Shown here: in pieces, positions 59,767 to 64,000 of the stretch
Numbering within the stretch: position 1 is the stretch's first letter
How the letters are laid out: every line of letters starts with the position of its first letter
Source of the DNA: Eledone cirrhosa
Lineage: Eukaryota
Reading direction: 5' to 3'
DNA: 64,000 bases
NCBI GenBank assembly: GCA_964016885.1
Contig: OZ024753.1
Location: 1,426,001-1,490,000, forward strand
Program-made: the position numbers and the translations under genes
Notes under the pieces: generated by a model
Told to the model about the DNA's origin: nothing
What the model saw: the letters and a program-made list of their open reading frames with translations, nothing else
Databases searched by the model: none

Positions 59767-62700
59767 TGTGTTGTGGGTGGGTGGTAGTATATTTGACAGG
59801 AAATATTTAGATAAATGTCTGCTTTAAAAGTAGTTTAGTATCATAGATCTAGGGTTAGTTTCAAAAGGGGTTATTACGAATAAATTGTGTCCCATCTTTG
59901 TCTGATTCCAGTTATTTTAAGTCCTAGACAGGTCTCGGCTAAGATCATCATCATCATCACCGTTTAATGTCCATCTCCCACACTAGCATGAGTTTGTCGG
60001 GTTTGTCCCATTTGAGGCTAGTTGGGTCAAGTGACCATGTCTTGCTCATATAGGGCTGTTCCTAGCTGGTTTTCTATGGCTGGATGCCCTTCCTAGCGCC
60101 AACCACATTTACAGTGTGTACTGGGTGCTTTTTTTTTTTGCTCTGGCCTTTTCACAGCCACTTAAGTGTGGGCTGGGTGCTTTTTGTTGACACCTACACG
60201 ACCACTTTAGTGTGGGCTGGTTGTTTACATCCATTTTCCACTCTAGCATGGGTTAGACGGGTTGTCCTGTTGTGGGCAATGTTAGTGTTTAAATATTTTA
60301 TTACTGACATTGTACTTATAGCCATTGTACTTAACTTTTCTGATTTACTGCAGAGGGCAGTGGTAAGACTATTTGTTTTTGTGTAGCTCTAGGATTCTAT
60401 TACTTATATTCTACTTAGCTTCTATGATTCATTGCTGAGGGCAGTGGTAGGACAAGGAGTATAGTTTGTGTAGTCAGGTCAGCTTTGATTGAAGAAAATT
60501 ATGATCGGAGACATTCCTGCTATGACCATCCTATCCTTTTAGTATGTTTTGACGAATTGGCACGAACATTAGTATGGTATTTGTTCTGAGTTCAAATCCT
60601 GCCCAGGGTCAACTTAGTTTTTCATCATTCCTGGGTGTTGATAAAATATCAGTCTAGACTGGTGGAAGTGTTAGAGTATCGGATGTGATGGCTTGTGGTA
60701 TTTATTCTGCTGCTTGGTATTCTGAGTTCAAATCCTGCTTTTGCTTCCTTGGGTTGTATGTAGACTTAAATTGCCATCTTGTTTAAAATCCCCAACTGAC
60801 TCGTTTGTGCCCTTAGCAGTCTACTCTGCTGCAAGTATTTGGGCCACTTCCTTGGTTTGAGGATACCTTCCATCTTAGTGATGACCTCTTGAACTGTTTC
60901 TAGCAGGTGGTGTTAAATTATGATGAATATATTTTTAAATTTCAGATTCTCGAAAATGGACCAATCATGACAATCTAGAAGGTCGCATCCCAGCAGCCCG
61001 TTCTTATCATGCAGCTGTGATGATTGGTAATCGTATGGCAGTGATGGGTGGTCGAGGCCAGTCTGAAAGTCATTTTGCTGATATACACATTCTAGATTTG
61101 GGTAAGCTTGATCTTTATTAAAAAACAATTTCTTTTTGTTACAGGAGTATATAATAGACATTAAATGATTTTGTTTATTATTATTTTCTGATTTCAAAGT
61201 CAAAATTTCCCTATAACTGGAAATATGTTCTGCTAGTGATATATCGGCAGTAAATGTGGTAATGATATAGGCAGATTGTATTAGTTTTGTGAAGTCAAGG
61301 GTAAGTAACTCTTGCTTCCATACTCTGTAATGTTAAAATATATTAAATATTTCTGTATGTGTTTGAAGTATTTTTGCTTCAGATTAGGGTAATGTAAAAA
61401 ATATATTTAATTTCGATGACATTTTTTAAATTTTTTTTAACATATTTTAATATTTTGTGGTTCAATCAGCTGGAAAAAACGTGACATCACTAGTGCCAAG
61501 CTGTATCGGCTTTCGCCTTGGACAACATTGTGGGTATGGAGAGGAGACCGATATGTATGGTTAACTGCTAGTCTTCTACAAAAACTCATTGACTTGGAGA
61601 GGAGTTTTCTTTCCAGGTATTTATACCCATGGGCAGCCATGACTGAAGGGACTTTCCAACTCCCCTTCAGACACAAACTAGATAATTTTTGTCTGCACGA
61701 GGAAGTGAATCCAGCACATGCCATGAGGTGGTTGTCATTAAGGGCTTCCAACCAGAGTGGACTTATGTGATCCTTCTAGCCTCAGAACGTGACAACCTGT
61801 ATAATCCATGTTAGTATGGAAAATATATATGGGATCAAATCCTGCAAGAGTTGGTTTTTTTTTTTTTTTAATTCTCGAAGGATGAAAGCCAAAGTTAGGA
61901 AGAATCGAGTTCACAAAGAAAACAAATACTATATCAGTATATGGTATGGTATAGTCGTAAGGGCGCCATGTTGACATACAGTATTTCTTGGGCATTTTAA
62001 GCCTGAGTACAGCAGATTTCTTCCAGAGGAAAAATCGACTCCAGTACCAGACTTGTACTTTTTTTTTTTTTTTTATTGACCTCTAAAGGATGAAAAGCAA
62101 AGTTGACTGCAGGGAGATTTGAATTCAGAGAGCTGGAACGAATACCATAAAGCATTCTATCCAACGTTCTGCCAATTTGCCACCTATGTCACTAAAAGGA
62201 ATGATTAATCGCTTGTTTGTTTTTATTTCATTTCAGAAAAGAATCACTGGTTACAACCAGCTGTATCTGGTGACATCCCATCTGCCCGTGGTCAACATTC
62301 TGTGGGGGTGTGTGGCGATGTTTTGGTGGTTCATGGGGGATCTTCTCAATTTGATACCACTACGATGCAATGCCAGAAACACTTCACTGATACCTACACT
62401 GCAAAAATAGGTAATCAACTGTTGATTTTCTAACCCTTTCATTCCTATATTTCTAATGTAAATACTAAAGGGTTAATGGGGTATTAAAACCTTTTATTTT
62501 AGACATTTTAGTTAATATTCTAAACAGCAGCTTACTAATGAAGTTGTTCACAATTTTGCTTCATCAATTTGTCACAATTCTTTTGTTGGATTAGATTTGA
62601 ACGTAGTTTCAAACACAATATTTTACGAAATAACTCTATTTTAGACAAACAGATGCATTTGTTTTTCTGTCAGTCTTTTCATCAAAACAAATGAAACGTG

Positions 62701-62998
62701 ATTCTCTCCTTACTCTCATCATGTTTTTACACAATATTATTAGCCTTATTTTCATCATATATTTAATGCCTGTGACATATCCAGAGATTATCAGCAACAT
62801 TTCACACACTGAGGAAACTGCTACTGTATTTAAGAAAATTTAGCTGCTATTTCTAACAGATTGAAAGACCTAGTAGAAACTCCAATATTTGTTCTGTTTA
62901 AGATTTTTTTTTTTTTTTTTTTCTGATTCTCTTTAGACACAATACTTAAAGGAGTTGCTAAAGAACCTGAACCAAAAAGTCCACAGGTAGTAAGCTGA
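52800..62998 (+). CDS. Kelch-repeat beta-propeller protein (KLHDC1/2- or RABEPK-like), about 390 aa. Exons: 52800-52871, 53960-54101, 56159-56311, 56880-57010, 57411-57540, 58340-58492, 60946-61101, 62237-62410, 62937-62998
   Basis: GT-AG introns with consistent phases. Six kelch GG motifs (LYVYGG, LYVFGG, IYYFGG, IIIFGG, MAVMGG, LVVHGG) with downstream W and P-x-x-R-type motifs. PSPRDKVSC resembles KLHDC1/2. The last exon is less certain (possible donor at 62987). Confidence 0.9.
57188..57320. repeat. 47-bp tandem repeat (about 2.8 copies) in a kelch-gene intron
   Basis: CACCCAATAACTACATATCAAGGAAATATATGTACCTCACCTGCA at 57188, 57235 and 57282. Confidence 0.9.
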
Positions 62999-64000
62999 TT
63001 CTGAAGATTTAAAACAGTGCAAGAATTTCAACGATGACATTACCTTGTTATTTGCTTAAAGCATTGGTTCAACATCGACTCACTCTATTTAACAATATTC
63101 ACAGAGCACCATTTGGCATCTATTTTGTTCACTGAGACTAAAAAAAAATTTTTTTTCCAATATCCTAGTTTATCAGATAACTTGATATCAAAATGTTAAC
63201 TTTACTTGACAAACTCTTACATGTCCCAGTTTATCAGATAACTTGATATCCAAATCTTATCAGCTGGTGTAAATATTTTGATTGTTAAAGTATTTACCCT
63301 TCTTTTTAATAAAAAAAAAAAAAAAAAAAACCCAGCTTTAGAGGGGCAGGTGCATACATTTTTCTTTTCAATCAAAATTGGTGCCAGTTGACTCGTTTCA
63401 TGTATTTGAAGAGTTTCTCTCTAGAATAAGGATCCCTAAAGATCAGAATCTGAAAGAAAATTTTGTAAATATGTCTTGCATTAAAGACGGAATATTAAAG
63501 TAATTTGTGGAATTTTTCTTTATAATAAAACTGAAATGAATTGCTACATATGTTGATCTTTAAATTGTTGTATTTTTACAATATTACAGGAATACCAGTT
63601 TGTTATATATCATTTTGCATCCGCTTTTCCCTGCTTGCAAGGGTGGAACGGGTCCTGTGAACAGCTCTCACCACCTCTGCTCATGATTTTCCTGGCACTT
63701 CTTTAATGTAGAGTATAGTATATAAAAAGGATATATTTATCTAATAAAATATTCATCATTTAATGTCCCTTAAAAAAAAAAAAAAAAATCCCTAGCTAGT
63801 AATGATTGTGCAGGTCGTCATACATTAAGTCTACTTAATTGGAGCTATTGAGCTCACTGATAGGGTAGGGTCTGCTTCTCACATATGTTCCACTTCTGTG
63901 TAAGACTGTTATATAAAAGTTACTGTTTGGAAGGTCAAGTTCTCTCGAACTTGAGAAAATAGAATGGTAGTTCAGTTTTCTCCCTTACATCTGGAAACGT

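Noticed and set aside
63308-63330. AATAAA followed by an A-run, suggesting a retrocopy tail or poly(A) site
   Set aside because: The kelch gene has introns and A/T runs are common here; the true cleavage site cannot be called (another AATAAA lies at about 63524).

Overview
AT-rich, intron-rich eukaryotic DNA dense in SINEs, MITEs and microsatellites. The repeat content suggests a coleoid cephalopod (octopus-like); this is inference only. Three host genes can be assembled by hand from GT-AG sites and reading-frame continuity: (1) NSUN5-like rRNA m5C methyltransferase on + (7 exons, 1207-8536, 411 aa in the window, N-terminal exon not found); (2) an intronless F-box/LRR-like CDS on - (14824-15891); (3) a roughly 390-aa six-blade kelch protein on + (9 coding exons, 52800-62998) with an MGxxxS N-terminus and an acidic loop. 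The rest is RTE-type LINE fragments, two tRNA-derived SINE families, piggyBac-, Tc1/mariner- and hAT-type MITEs, a mariner transposase relic, hammerhead-like motifs and minisatellites. I found no clearly new multi-gene system. The most unusual signals are: tandem-duplicated splice acceptors in both spliced genes, where every extra copy leads to a stop; an RTE insertion with twin-priming geometry; a stop-free RTE ORF with a PHD finger inside the RT; fold-back hammerhead-like elements; and minisatellites built from SINE segments. All coordinates were read by eye and repeat boundaries are approximate.
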